DNA of 64,000 nt from Eledone cirrhosa (Eukaryota): the NCBI GenBank assembly GCA_964016885.1, contig OZ024740.1, positions 136,214,001 through 136,278,000 on the forward strand. The letters run 5' to 3'. This document shows positions 26,355-44,999 of this stretch, piece by piece. Positions within the stretch are counted from its first letter, which is position 1; every line of letters begins with the position of its first letter. The notes beneath the pieces were generated by a model. The model was given only the letters and a program-made list of their open reading frames with translations, ran no database searches and was not told where the DNA came from. Both the position numbers and the translations under genes were made by a program.

Positions 26355-27199
26355 CTTGAATGATAAAAATGAACCAAACATAATGAAATTTTTTAATGAA
26401 AAATCTGTAGATATAGTTTTAAAATGTTAATAGCATTTTCTTAAAAATTTAATCTATCAGTTATACAAAAAATAAGTTCTTTATAACTCTTGACTTTCAA
26501 ATATTTATGACTATGGAAACTAGAAATTATAAATTTAGATACACTAAAGATTTATTAGAAATATAAGGGATTTTACTGATATTCTCATATACCCCCAATT
26601 TGTAGTCATGACCACTTTATTCCTATTGATACACCTATGTCTACACCCAACAGTCAAGAATCCTGAATGTGTACCACTTCATAGATAAAGAATTTGTAAA
26701 TCAGTCAAGCATTTCAATTTGCAGATTCTATTTTTTTATAAATTTGAATTATAACTTTTTGAGTGGATGCATAATATGATAGGATTGGGGCCCTTATCAT
26801 TAAAACACCTGAGAAACCTCCAATGATGTGCATCCTCATAGGAAGCCAACTAAACTATAAAGGGATGTGAGCTGTAAAAACAACAACATATCACCTTCAT
26901 AATAACTAAAGTGAACTGTCTAATATAAAATGTAATTGTTTACAGTAAAAATAGATTTAATATCTTAATGTAAAGACTGTATAATGTTTGTATCAATATG
27001 CATACATGGATAGTAACAATTTATTAAATGGGGAGAAATATTATAAGCATTACTGTCAAATATACATATGTATTTATACACACATTCAATTTATAAAGTA
27101 AATAGATACAAAGTTAAAAAGAAAGAAAAAGCATGCACATTGCAATGGGGAATGCTTGTGTCTCTTCTAAAAATGTTTGTGCCAACCTAAAGCACTCAC

Positions 27200-27270
27200 A
27201 GCAAGACTACAGGTGACAGCGAGACTGAGGCGCTGGAATAGCCAAGTACCCTCACGAGCATCACTTGATA
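27200..27270 (-). mobile_element. CRE-like LINE fragment
   Basis: gcgagactgaggcgctggaatagccaagtaccctcacgagcatcac aligns by eye to 48988-49033. Confidence 0.5.
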
Positions 27271-28443
27271 CTTCAGAAACATGAAACGTAAACAATAAAA
27301 AGAATGTATTATCAGCAACCCTAAAATTTCTTGAAAATCACAGGTTGAAATATGTAATCCACTATTAAATCATTTCAAAGTCTTATTCTGTTCAGCTATG
27401 GATGGAAAAACTCCCACCTACCACAGCATTTAAGATGTACGATGAGGTTAAAGAGTCACTAACAGCAATGTCCTATATGGAGACATCTATTTTTAACCTA
27501 AAAGCAATCCTACTACCTCCAGAGACGAGGGGATAATAACTCTAGTTAGGACTTGTTTTATAACTAAGACCGAACTCAGTGTGGTGAGCAAAACATGACA
27601 GTCGATTTATCTAGCACTGGGACTAACAAAACAATCTCCCTCCACCTTTCTATTGAAGTTTGTCAATGTTGTGAAGATCGATTGGCTACTCTGCTGAATA
27701 CCTCAGGCGGAAATAATAAACTGCTAACCATAACGATGGGAGGCCTAAAAAACGGTAAAACTACAGTTTAGTGCCCCATACAAGTTTTGTTTCCTCATAA
27801 TTTTCTTAATGAAATTTCTAAGGTGTTGAATTTTTTTAATGATTGGGTTGATGAAATTGTTTGTTTTTTTTTATTGACTTTTTTTTTACATTTGGTATTT
27901 GTAGAAATGACATTTTTTTGCGAGAATCACCATGCAATCGGAAGGCACGATGTAAAGCTTTCCCGGTTTACACTTAGCTTACAACAAACATGGATCGAAG
28001 GTATTCAATGATAAAAACATTAACGAACATAAGTACTTATTCCTAAATTCTACCGTTTAGAGCTCTAAACGGAACTTCAGATGAGAGTTGCATGTGAGCT
28101 TTCTTTGTTTCGTTGCCTATGCAAACACATTCTGGTGTAGTCACTATTATACAGGATCAAATATTATTCTTGTTAATTGTGTATTTTATATAATTCAATA
28201 TTCTATATCTAAAAAAAAATTAAGTATGCATATGTTAGAAAACTTAATTGTAGAAGAATTGTTTGTTCCTTTAAAATGACACTCGTGTTTGATTTGCGTA
28301 TTAGTTTTAATATTATTTTATTCTTTTACTGATATTATTGTGTATTCTTGGCCGTAATATAAGAGAACCACCAGGCTTTTTAATAACATTACGTAATAAG
28401 ATACTTAAATTACTCAGTAATTTGCACTTTCATTATTCTTTCG

Positions 28444-28630
28444 ATGGATTGGCAGTATCGGTAGAGGGTCGGACGCCATGCTTTGACGCATAGAGTTACG
28501 GTCTTTGCCATTCTGAGTTCAAATCCCGCCGAGGTTAACTTTGCCTTTCATCCTTACGGGGTCGATAAAATAAAGTACCAGTAATGCACTGGGTAATTGC
28601 TGGCCTTGTGCCAAAAAGTAGAAACAATTA
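28444..28630 (+). mobile_element. SINE family A copy in BCAS2 intron 1
   Basis: Family A sequence flanked by attattcttt direct repeats. Confidence 0.85.
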
Positions 28631-28780
28631 TTCTTTGGCGGTGTTTTCTATAAAGTAAAACTGCCAACATTGCAAGATCACAATTTGTAAGCGATTATTA
28701 AACACGGTTAGTAATGAATTTGAAGTGGAGCGACAAAATTATGGTTTTAGGTTCGGAAATAAAAGGATAAAACAACTTAC

Positions 28781-28855
28781 AGCATCTCTCACACCGGGTT
28801 CCTCGTAACCTTTATCATAATAGGGTAAAGCATCTACAATAACTTCTCCAGCCAT
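28781..28855 (-). CDS. BCAS2: BCAS2/SPF27 pre-mRNA splicing factor, coding exon 1
   Basis: Manual translation [25 protein letters not shown] matches the BCAS2 N-terminus (VDALPYxDxGY). Followed by donor gtaagt; 75 nt, phase 0. Confidence 0.96.
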
Positions 28856-29000
28856 TATTCACTTTAACACGGTGTTATAGTTTCACTGTTTTAACCGATA
28901 AAGTTCGCCGGTTATGTCCCTTGTTAAATACACCGGTTTACAATGGCCAGGTGGTTATAGTTACAAATATTTATCAGTGTGTTTATATTTTAAGACTTAC
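28856..29000 (-). promoter_or_regulatory. Probable BCAS2 5' UTR / core promoter region
   Basis: Non-repeat, locally CpG-containing sequence immediately upstream of the ATG. Positional inference only. Confidence 0.4.
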
Positions 29001-29399
29001 GTAGATTTACATATATATTTCATTCTCTATAACAGATCATAGAATATTCTGAAATAGTTTTCTTTATGGCTATGAGAAAATTTCAGCATAATACTGCATT
29101 TTTAACAGGAGAGTTCTCTAAGTTCCTGTTGTGATTATTGTAAAATTTAAAACTTCGAAGCTTGTAATGCTTTTGCTTGAACTAGAGACTTAATTTGTAT
29201 ATTGTAATGCTTTTTCTTGGGCTAGAGGCATAATTTATAAATAATGTCTGAGCGAAAATAACTTAGGGAAGCGTTGTACATACTAAATACAAATATTGTA
29301 GCGTCCCACGTACGTAATGAGTTGAAAAATAAAAAAATGTGTGTGCGTGTGTGTATTTGGGCTAAAAGCCATGTGGAAGTACTACGTTGCACTGAGTGA

Positions 29400-31350
29400 T
29401 ACAGAAAATATAAGCTCTCCTCTGGTTCTTACACTCAGACAATCAGTCCTGTTCTGGGAAAGACCTGAACCTCTTATTTGTCAGTAAGACTAAAAGCATT
29501 GCAAGAAGAACATGTTCTCAAGAGACAGGCATGGAAGAATGGAGGCAGCAAAGATCAATACTAGGTAACTAAAAATGAAGCTAGACAACAAGTATGCATA
29601 ACATGCCAAAAACCTGAAAGCAGGAGGTTTGCCAATATCCTTCAATGCAGACGTCTGGAGTAGATATTATCAGCCAGGCACGATTCCAATGGTGGACACC
29701 ATATATACAAGGACTAGACATTAGGTACAGATCCAACAGGATCACGCAAATTCATGTTTTCAACTGTTCACCTCTCCATTTATGCTATCCTAAGAGGAGC
29801 TCAGGAGCAACTGCATCATGAATAAGTTCACCTCATTGGCAACAGAGTGCATGGCCAAACATCTTTTAAGTAGTTCATTCAGGGAATCTACCAGACATCG
29901 ACAACGAATTTTGGAGTATGACATAAAATCCGATGCTAAGACAGGATTCAACAAAGGCAAAAATAGTCAAAAAGTTCCAACTTAAGTAAGTCTACCACTC
30001 TCAACGGCCATGTTTTGCACTCATTGAGGATAATGCTGCAAACAAATGCTCAATATATGCAAATTTCTGTGGCCAGATGGATGAATCTTTGACCCAGATG
30101 ATATAAACATCTACTTTGTCTTCTTTACCTTGGTCTATTACAATGAAGGTGATGCTGGGATACTTGAATTGACTGACCTCTTCCAAAGTCTCACCACTGA
30201 GTATGAAAGAGACCCTTTCAGAAGGCAAAATACCAGCAGATAAAATTTTTGTCTAGGTTACTTGGAATTTCATGCCATCATGCAACGCATACACACTCAA
30301 TCATTCGATGGCTAATTGAATATCAATGTAATTATCACCAACTATTACAAAGTCATCAGCAAAGTCAAGGTCAGTGATATTAAAGTCTCACCTCACAGCA
30401 ACACCTGGGGAATCCTTCAGAAAATCTTATGCAATCTAATCAGTGGCATTATTGAAAAGTGTTGGAGACAGGACACAGAACTTTCAAACACCTGAACGCA
30501 ACTTAAAGGAGTCAAATTCCTTGCCATAACAGTGAATCTTTGCTTGTATAGAACTGTAGTAATCTCTTCAGCAACTTCACAGGCAGCCCATCTTTGATCA
30601 TGGTGTTACACTGTGAGCTGTGGTCAACTGAATCAAAAGCTGCAAAGTCAAAAAAGAGGTCATTGTTTGTTGCAGGTAGCTCCAGTGCTGTTCTAGAACC
30701 CTTGTCAACGTAAACATTTTATCTGTTCAGGCTCAGCCCTGATGAAAACCAGAATGATTTGGTTGGGTGTGTTGAACATAATCCTTTTGAAGTCTTCATA
30801 GAGGAATGATGGTGTATATTTTGACTGCAATATCTGTCAAACTTATGTCTTTGGTAGTTACTGCAACAGCACTTATCACCTTTCTTGAAGAAAGGGAACT
30901 GCATTACTCCAGTCTTGTGGAGGAAATTCCATGTCTCAGATGTGTGATCACACAGTGTAACCTGGAGGACAAGGTATTAGAAGTTTTTGAAGATTCCAGC
31001 AGGTAAACCAACTTCAAATGGGCTTTGTTGTTTTTCAGTTCCTGAATAGTTACACACATATCCTTGGTGGTCAATAGATCCAAATTGCATGTATATGGGG
31101 TGTATCTATGGAATCTATGTGTAGGCTGGTTGGTAAATGGGTCATGATTGAGCAGATTTACAGAATGGTCACACCAATAGCTGAAATATTTGTTTAGGTT
31201 CAAAATAACTAATTTGGGAATCATTTGTTGATGATCTTAGAATTTGGTACAATTTTTGCAAATCCATGACAGAAGCTGCATGCTTCATGTTTAGAACGAT
31301 GGTGCACCAATACCCATTGTGATTTGAAAAGGCAGAGTTGGTTGATACCT
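29400..31350 (-). mobile_element. Highly decayed RTE-like LINE
   Basis: Minus-strand remnants: PFFKKGDK..CSNY, DLDFADD, LEEVSQFKY; many disruptions. Boundaries approximate. Confidence 0.7.
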
Positions 31351-33319
31351 TCTGAGAAGCCTATAAAAATCCTCAATAAATAGAAGAAAGATTTGGAAGA
31401 AAAGACATTGATTTCGAAAGGAAATGTTTATTTTCATTCAAATAATTATTTTCTAGAACTAACTTTACCCATGACTTTAAAGCAATAGAGAAAATAAATT
31501 GAAAAAAAAAGAAAAGAAATGCTGAATTTCCCTGAGTTGAGAGAAAAATGTAATCAAATATTTGTGATTTGTTATTCATTGTATATATTTTAATTTTCAT
31601 AAAAGCCATGAGTATCAATATTTTATATAATCAACCCATCTACGTTTTGTTGCACAAAATATAACTAACCAACAGTGTTGTTATTAATATGGATGTTATA
31701 TGTGCATTGCTTGGTGAATAGTAATAAAATAATTAATGTTCTTGAGCATTTTAGTGTCACTGATGAAATATACTGTATGATACTAAGATGTGTTCTTCTT
31801 AGTCATAGCATAGCATTATATTTTGCTTGCTTTAAGCCTTTAAAGCAGGAATTATCATGAATTTTTTTTTTTTTTTTAAGAGAAAAGTCATCAATTTTGG
31901 TTGTTAATTTTTTTAAATTATAAAATTTTGATTTTAAATATTAGTTTTCACTTTTTTTTTTTTTTTTTTTTTTTTTTTGTCGACCCAGGTGGCATGGTCA
32001 AACATTCATTAATCTACGTTAAGGGTTAAATGTTACTAAACTGAAGGTAAATAACTGTAGTTACTGTTAGAAAATAGTGTCACTTGTTTCAAAATTACAT
32101 CCCTTTTTCTTTTAATTTGTCGACAACGTATCCATTGGAAAAAATAATTATGAAACAAAGAGAAAAAGTACAATGGATGTTCAATATAGCCATTTTTGTT
32201 CTTTAAGTGCCAATAGGAGTATTTGTCCATGCTAGATAAAAAGCATATATTAAACCTGAAAAATGAAATATATATAAATAAGTGATACATAAAACAACGT
32301 TGTATTTAGGCTACTATAATAACATCATATTGAACACATATTTTGAAAGTCTATGCTTATTTCATTACTAAGATAGTAATTTAACATATTGTAATATTCT
32401 GTAATGTATATTAATTTGGTAGTGTCACCGAAGACATCATATTTATTTAATGATTTAAGAAAGGGGACATATGAGTTAAAGAAAAAGTATTTTTTTCAAT
32501 AATCTACTAGAAGAGTTAGGTTTAGCACTACATCTTGATAAATTTATTAATTATACATGTTCCCATTCTCTAAATGGTACTTATTTTACGACTAAGCAGA
32601 TTGAAATACTTGCCAAATACCTGTCTTTATTCTTGATTGCAAATATCCAATTTTTAATTTTACTATTGTTTCAACTAATAAAGTAACCAGTTAACTATGT
32701 TAATACTAACTCAGCCAAAACTGGCTATGGTTCTATGAAGCAAAACCATCCAGTTTAAAAGTTAAATTTAAAAGTTAAATTTTTTCAACATGATTTTATA
32801 TAAGCATTGTATGTTAAGTTACCATCTTAGTAATGAAATAATTAATAATTTTAGTAAATCCCTCAAAATTCTTTGTTTATTATTTTAAATAGAGTGCATT
32901 ACATTAGAAATACAGTCATGAAAGCATAGACTTTCAAAAGTGTGTTGAAGTAAATAATTTTTTTTTTAAATATCTAGTTTGATTTATCTACGTTCTACAG
33001 TTAGGTTGTCTCAAACAGCATTTATCTTTCATCTACTGTGTCAATAAAATAAGCATAAATGCTAGTGAATAGGATAGAAGATAGGACACTGATTCCTTCA
33101 GGGAAGTGGCCCTGCTCAATATGTACAAAGGTAGTAGGCATAAACTCCATATGATATGCACAATATAAATCTTGGATACACAAGAGATGTAGTGGGATAA
33201 CGGGTAGACTAAGAAGAAAGGAAGACGGTTTGTAGAAAATGCACAGGTGTAACAAAGGGGAAGATAGCCAGTGATGTAAGTCTAATCCAGTCACAGAAAG
33301 GACATGAAGAAGTGGTTGA

Positions 33320-33870
33320 TAGCTTCTATTTAGGCAATGTAATTAGCAATGGAGGAAGATGCTCTGAGAGCATAATAGCTAGAATAAGGAAAAGATGGAA
33401 GAAGTTTAGACAGCTATTCCTACTGTTGACAACAAAAGGTTTCTCCCTACATGCAAAAAGACAACCATACGATGCCTGTGTGTGAAGTATGATGCTGCAT
33501 GGTTGTCAAACATACGCTGTGACTGTGGAGGGTGTGTGTAGACTGGAGAGAAATGAAGCAACTATGTTTCTTTGGATATGCAAGTTGGATGAGCTGAGGG
33601 AGAAGCTGGATTTAAGAGGAATCCAGGGTGGTGTGCAAGAGAGAAGACTGCACATAGACAATGATCATTGGGTGAAGAAGTACCAGGAAATGCCAGTGGA
33701 AGGAAGCCACGGTAAAGGTAGACCAAGAAAGACCCAGGCTGACCTCAAATGACAGATTCACAGAGGCAATGACAAAGGATCGCGATGAGTGGAGAGATGC
33801 TGTGCTGAGAAGGACCCATCCAACTCATGCAAGCATGGAAAAATGGACATAAAAATGATGCTGATGATAT
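33320..33870 (+). mobile_element. RTE LINE 3' fragment
   Basis: MLHGCQTYA, RLERNEA and GRPRKT motifs followed by the RTE tail. Confidence 0.75.
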
Positions 33871-34042
33871 ATATATATATACAAATATATATCATCATCA
33901 TCATCATCATTTCTGTTTAACGTCAATTTTTCCATGCTTCCATGGGTTAGACGGTTTGTCCACGCCAGGAGCCAAGTCTGGCCATGTGCCACACCTTGCT
34001 CCAATATATATTTATATGTATATTTATATATATATATATATA

Positions 34043-34120
34043 AAAAGGAAGAGAACCAAGGTTTTCAGATTAAATCCATAAAAACAGATTTAATTTGAAA
34101 ACCTTGGTTCTCTTCCTTTT
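34043..34120. repeat. Fold-back palindrome adjacent to (TA)n
   Basis: 34-bp arms with one mismatch and a 10-nt loop. Confidence 0.85.
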
Positions 34121-34321
34121 AATTTTATATGCTCAACAACAAGAACTGTAACCTTCAGAAAAATGTTTTGATTGTTTTGAATTCTTTATGTGCTGAAGAC
34201 CTTAAACGTGCATTGAGCTTTTCTCACCCTACCAAAATTAAAGTGGAATATTCCATATATATATATTTATATACAAAAATATGGATTTAGAGGAACGAAG
34301 CTACATGGTTACTTGATAACG

Positions 34322-34506
34322 AGTGTTAGAAAGTTAAGGGAACACAAACAAGAAATAGACATTTTCCCTTCATCAGTTGTCTACTATGGGTCACAGATGT
34401 TTCAGCGCATTATAGACAATGCGCTGAAACATCCGTGACCCATAGTAGACAACTGATGAAGGGAAAATGTCTATTTCTTGTTTGTGTTCCCTTAACTTTC
34501 TAACAC

Positions 34507-34507
<1 letters not shown>
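34322..34507. repeat. Long fold-back palindrome adjacent to (TA)n
   Basis: About 90-bp arms with one mismatch and a 6-nt loop (atagac). Confidence 0.9.
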
Positions 34508-34537
<30 letters not shown>

Positions 34538-35370
34538 AAATATACCTATATATATGTATGTATGTATGCATATATGTATATATATATGTGTGTGTGGATA
34601 ATGTTCCTTACCAACTGACAAACCAAAGCATGCAAAACAAGGTCCACCAATTATAATCGACAGCCCTACAAGAGTAGCATATTGCAGCAATATAATTAAT
34701 GAAAGGAAATGGTGCATAGCTGGAAAAAAAATAAACATTTATTAAAATACAAAAAAAAAGAGAAAATACATTGTATTTTATTTAAATAAAGGTAACACGT
34801 TGAAGTTAATCATCATCATCATCATCGTTTAACGCCCATCTTCCACGCTAGCATGGGTTAGACGGGTTTGTCCCATTTAGAGGCAAGTTGGGTCGGGTGA
34901 CCATGTCTCGCTCATATAGGACTGTTTCTGGCTGGTTTTCCACAGCTGGATGCCCTTCCTAGCACCAACCATATTTACAGTGTGTGCTGGGTGCTTTTTG
35001 CTGTGTTTTACATGACCACTTTACAGTGTGGGCTGGATGGGTGCTTTTTTGTCGTGACACCTACACAACCACTTTACAGTGTGGGCTGGATGTTTACGTC
35101 CATTTTCCACGATAGCATGGGTTAGACAGATTATTCTGTTGTGGACAATGCTAGGTCAGGTGACCATGTCTTGCTCATACAGGACTGATTCTGGCTTGGT
35201 TTCTACAGCTGGATGCCCTTCCTAACGCCAAACTCATTGAATACAATTTATTTCATCCAAAATATTAAAGTTAACAATTAAAATGCCTAATAATTTACAG
35301 ATTATAGAACACTAAAGAACAACTACTAGTAAATTTCCAGAGATACATACCTGCCAAAGATCATATTTTC

Positions 35371-35817
35371 GGCATACGTCAAAACGGCCGGTCTGAAAAG
35401 TGAAACTAATTTTTGACAGTTACGTACACTCACTCATCTGAATAGATTTGTGTATATATAGTCCTGTATAAACTTCGAGATGACTATAATGCAGACACAC
35501 GCAATTGTATGGATTTCTTAATATATATAGATGTGTGGGTGTGTATATGTGTGTATATATATGTGTGTGTGTATGTATATATATATGTGTGTTTGTATAT
35601 ATATATGTGTTTGTATATATATATGTTTGTATATATATATGTGTGTATATGTGTACATATACACACATATATATGTTGTACATGTGTATATACATCTATA
35701 AGTTTGTGGATGTGTGTAAAAAAATATCACGTATTCACAATCCAAATTGAAAATAATGACGTACGTAACTGTCAAAAGTTAGTTTCACTTTTGAGACCGG
35801 CCGTTTTGACGTATGCC
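35371..35817. mobile_element. Mutator (MULE)-type MITE with microsatellite-rich interior
   Basis: About 57-bp TIRs starting GGCATACGTCAAAACGGCCGG; 9-bp TSD catattttc / cagattttc (one mismatch). Confidence 0.75.
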
Positions 35818-35856
35818 CAGATTTTCACCCTTACCACACACATATCCAATTTCAAG

Positions 35857-36182
35857 TACTCTCAAGTCCCAAATAATAGGTGGGGAGGGGGGGGGGTAGA
35901 CACTTGTTTAAATCCTTGTAAGCGAGAGGGGGGGGGGGAATCGGTAATTGTATAGTGTACGTTCGTAAATATGGGATTTCTTGTAATGTTCTTTTTTGTC
36001 ATATATAATGTTTTTTAATGTAAGATAAAATTATTATTAAATTCTCCAGCTGCTATATCAATATGAATCACTTACAATAAAATTTTGCCAGAGATAGATT
36101 ACCAAAATTTACTGGGGTTGGAAAAAATCTGAAAAATGAATAAGCAGGGGTGGGGGTGACGATTATTCAAGGCCTGAGAGTA
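35857..36182. mobile_element. Degenerate MITE with TACTCTCA termini
   Basis: Imperfect TIRs tactctcaagtcccaaataat / attattcaaggcctgagagta. Confidence 0.5.
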
Positions 36183-36449
36183 ATTGATATTTCTATGTAG
36201 ATAATCTGTTTTGAAATTTGGAGATTTCGAATTGTTCTTCCTATTTATGCTTCTCTATGTGAGTCTCATTCTGTCTCCTGTTCTCTTGCACATTATTTCT
36301 TTTCCCTCTTCCTCCTTCTCTCTCTAGAACTATCTTTATTACATTCTAAATGATGACTCACTGTAAAGTAATGGACCCATGCACTGTTACTTGACTCTTA
36401 GTCTTTTGAGTACCATTCTAATGTAGTCACATTATAGATGGTATAGATT

Positions 36450-36620
36450 GGCGGTTGATTGGCAGTATCGATAGAAGGTCGGACGCCATGCTTTATAGCA
36501 TAGAGTTATGTCCCTTTATGGACAGAGTTCAAATCCTGCTGAGGTTAACTTTGCCTTTCATCCTTACGGGGTCGATAAAATAACGTACTGACCTTGTGCC
36601 AAAAGTAGAAACAATTATAG
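36450..36620 (+). mobile_element. SINE family A copy (internally deleted)
   Basis: Family A head, B-box and tail present. Confidence 0.75.
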
Positions 36621-36760
36621 ATGATATAGATGGAACCCCACTTTTTCCTGGGTCGTAAGCACACCACGCCACCCATGTGGAGTTTGCTCTGTTGGATGCA
36701 TCCTGATGCAACTACTGACAGGGTGCTTTTGTGACCTCTTGACATATTATTACCATTTAA

Positions 36761-36980
36761 CCTTTAGCATTTAAACCGGCCATATTCGGCCAGCAAACTC
36801 TCACCCCTTTTTGTTCAAACTGGCTGTAAATGGCCACTCATACTTATGTTAAGGTATTGTTCTCAAAATAAATAATATCAAATTTTCATAGATTCGATAT
36901 TATGTGAGATAATTATGAGAGGTAAAGACTTTACCATGAAAATATAATAGTAAATATAGAGTAATGTAAATGCTAAAGGG
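36761..36980 (+). mobile_element. piggyBac-type MITE, third copy
   Basis: Same TIRs and TTAA flanks as 8993-9200. Confidence 0.8.
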
Positions 36981-38695
36981 TTAAACTTCCCCAAGATGCC
37001 AGACATCAGAAGCCCTTCTTTAACATTTGTGGGTTTCATTCCAACTTAATTATATATATTTTAGATTACGAGTACAGTTCATTCGACTGTCTTCCAAACA
37101 GTTTCCATTTACCAAATTTCACTCATAAGACATGGGTTGAGCCAGGCTATATGGCAAATAACATTTGGCTAAGATGCCATGCAATAGAATCGAACCCAGG
37201 ACTTAATCATTGCATGCTGTGTCCACTGCCTTATCACAACTACCCGACGCCTATCCACATATACCCCAACCCCTATAGCACTCCAGTCAGCTGGCTGTTA
37301 GGAGCACAATCAGTTTTACGATATCCTTGGCAGCACATGTGCTTCGCTCCTGATCTCTCAGAAACAGTTAAGCTTGTCCCTCCACATCCAACACAACAAA
37401 ATCACAAAATCTAAACACCCAAGATCCACAGAAAAGTTCGTTCACAACTGTGTTGCAGCAATTCACACAAACAAAAACATAATAGCAAATATTTTTATGT
37501 TGTTTAGCTCCAGGATCAAAGGCATTTCAACCGTGATTACCCAGCATTCTTTGCAAACAGCTTGTCTACCACTGTATTATTCAATGTGTTTTAGCTGATT
37601 TTAAGATAGAAGGGTGTGGGTTGACGGAGATTTGACTGCTGTTTCTAGCATGTCGAGAGACCACGTAGAAACTCAGTCGTTGGTATTTTGGTTGTTTGTC
37701 AGTGTAGCAACTCCTGAGTTTAGTACTTTAGTTTCACATTTCCAATCTTGCAGTTAATATCATTTTGTTTGGCAGCCAATGACCTAGGGCTAAACAACAG
37801 TAGTTATTTTGTTTTTTAAATCTAATTCGAAAGACAAAAGTAAATATCTACACAAAAGAAACACAAAAATGAACTGTTTCTTTTAGCGTTGTTTATTTTG
37901 GTTGTAGAATTTTTATTTTATTTTGTTGTTCTTGTTCCTTTCCTGTGTTCTTTAGATAAAAAAAAAAATACCAGTAAAATAAGTGTGTGGAGTGGGGGTG
38001 GGGGGTAGAAAGAGAGAGACCCTATCACAGAAAAGTTGGCATTGTCTCTTTGAAAGACATCGATCAGTATTTCAGTCAAAGTTCGAGCCTACAAACGAAA
38101 TGATACTAGCAGCAAATTCACAAGTGAAACTAAAATTGCCAGCAACAAACGAAATGATACTAGCAACAGATTGAAAGATGAAACTAAAATGCTGAACTCG
38201 ATGGTAGTCTATCAATGTAACAGGAAAGTGAAATAAAATAAGTTTTTATTAAATCATACCTGTTAAGATTTCATTCAACAAATTTAATTATATTTACTGT
38301 ACTAATCGATGTCTGTATTGCTCCTTCTGACATTCATTTCGGTTCCGAAAGTTTTTGTAGAACTTAGTTTGAAAATGATACTAATATTTAAGAAAGGCAA
38401 ACTATCTTACTCGGATTCTCTTGTTAAATTTCTGAAAGTTTGTTTGGTTGGCAGTGAAAAAATGTATGGCTATGCCGTGGCTGGTTTGCAGGACATTTGG
38501 TGTGTTCGTTTTTTTCTTCTCCTTTTGTGCACGCGGCCGAGTGTTGATTTCAGTTCGTTTAGTTTGGAATTAATTCAAACTGGCGAAGATTTATTTGTTT
38601 GTGAAGAATGAAACAAGCGTCTGTTATACATTAGAATTGTTTCTACTACATAGCTAGTTCCTATCACCAGCTAACTGTCAAAGCTTCTCTCTCTT

Positions 38696-43705
<5,010 letters not shown>

Positions 43706-43834
43706 ATTATTTAGCAGTTGCCAACATAGAACCAATAAAACATTCCAAGCATTATACAAGTTTCAAAAGAATATTGACAATTAATAATTTTATAAATATA
43801 TTTAAATTTATAATTTTTGCCTTACCGGAGTAAT

Positions 43835-44000
43835 AATTGTATCTACTTTTGGCACAAGGCCAGCAAATACCCAGTGCATTACTGGTACTTTATTTTATCG
43901 ACCCCGTAAGGATGAAAGTTAACCTCGGCGGGATTTGAACTCAGAATGGCAAGGGCCGTAACTCTATACGTCAAAGCATGGCGTCCGACCCTCTACCGGT
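43835..44000 (-). mobile_element. SINE family A copy with TSD gagtaataat
   Basis: Family A sequence with direct repeats at 43828 and 44001. Confidence 0.85.
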
Positions 44001-44999
44001 GAGTAATAATGTATTGATGTTTTATCTATTATCTATTATAATAATTTCATTATGAGTCTCTGTATCCTACGTTTTGATCAGGACAGTTCAATATTTAACT
44101 TGACAATTGTTGATTTATGGTTTAGAAATATCACTAGATTTCAGAGTAGATATATTGTTTAATGCTCACATATGGTGAATGAGTTATCTTCCTTTTGTTT
44201 ACATTCTTCGTAAATATTTTTATTCTGTTTGAATAGCTTGCTATTTTAATTTTTGACATAAATTATATAGTTGAATAATATAAGAATTTCTTTAAAAAGA
44301 AACTGTAATAATTTGTAATTACTGAAGTAAATATAAATTAACGAAATAAAACTTTTGAGAGTAAATATAACTAAAATTTAATCCTGTAATTATATGATAA
44401 TTAAAGATTTGAAACGATTTTATAAAGGTGATATATGCATGTATTTTAATATATATTTTAATACAGGTTTAATAATTATTTAAATATACTTTAAAGATAA
44501 ATTTTTTAAAGTTGTAACAAAATACTTATGTAATTTGTTTTGTCGTTATTTCTTCTTTCTTTCGTCTTCTTTTTTTCACCCATCTATATATTCATTTAAA
44601 TATTTATATATGTATTTTTTTTATTTTCTCTTTCTTTTTCTTATTTTTTTCTTGCATCTCCTCTTCTTTCACACTCTCTTATATCTCTAATTCGCTCCAC
44701 GTCCTTTTCTTCTTTAAATTTATCATATTATTTGTGGCATATAAATGTTGAGATTTGATGAAATAAATCATTGCCAATACTGGAATTGAAATATCAAGAC
44801 CGTAGAGGTACGTCATATATCAAATCATATATTTTATCTGAAAAAAAAACAACACAGTACCTTCGAAATATATTTAATAAAGCATATATTTTGATTATGT
44901 GAATATTTCTTTGTTGAGTGCTTTTAATCTATTGTAAAACTGTATTCATTGAGTAATCAATGAACCATATTAATCTTTGGTTATATATATATATAAATG

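Noticed and set aside
26133-26381. 82-aa stand-alone ORF
   Set aside because: Only 26262-26354 is coding (BCAS2 exon 2); the flanks are intronic.
27990-28010. ATGGATCGAAG|gtattc as the first exon of a + strand gene
   Set aside because: No downstream + strand coding exons could be found.
35420-35955. YI/CV/TH-rich ORFs (also 46718-47182, 49488-49898, 50702-51044, 51359-51890, 52923-53436)
   Set aside because: These are translations of dinucleotide microsatellites.
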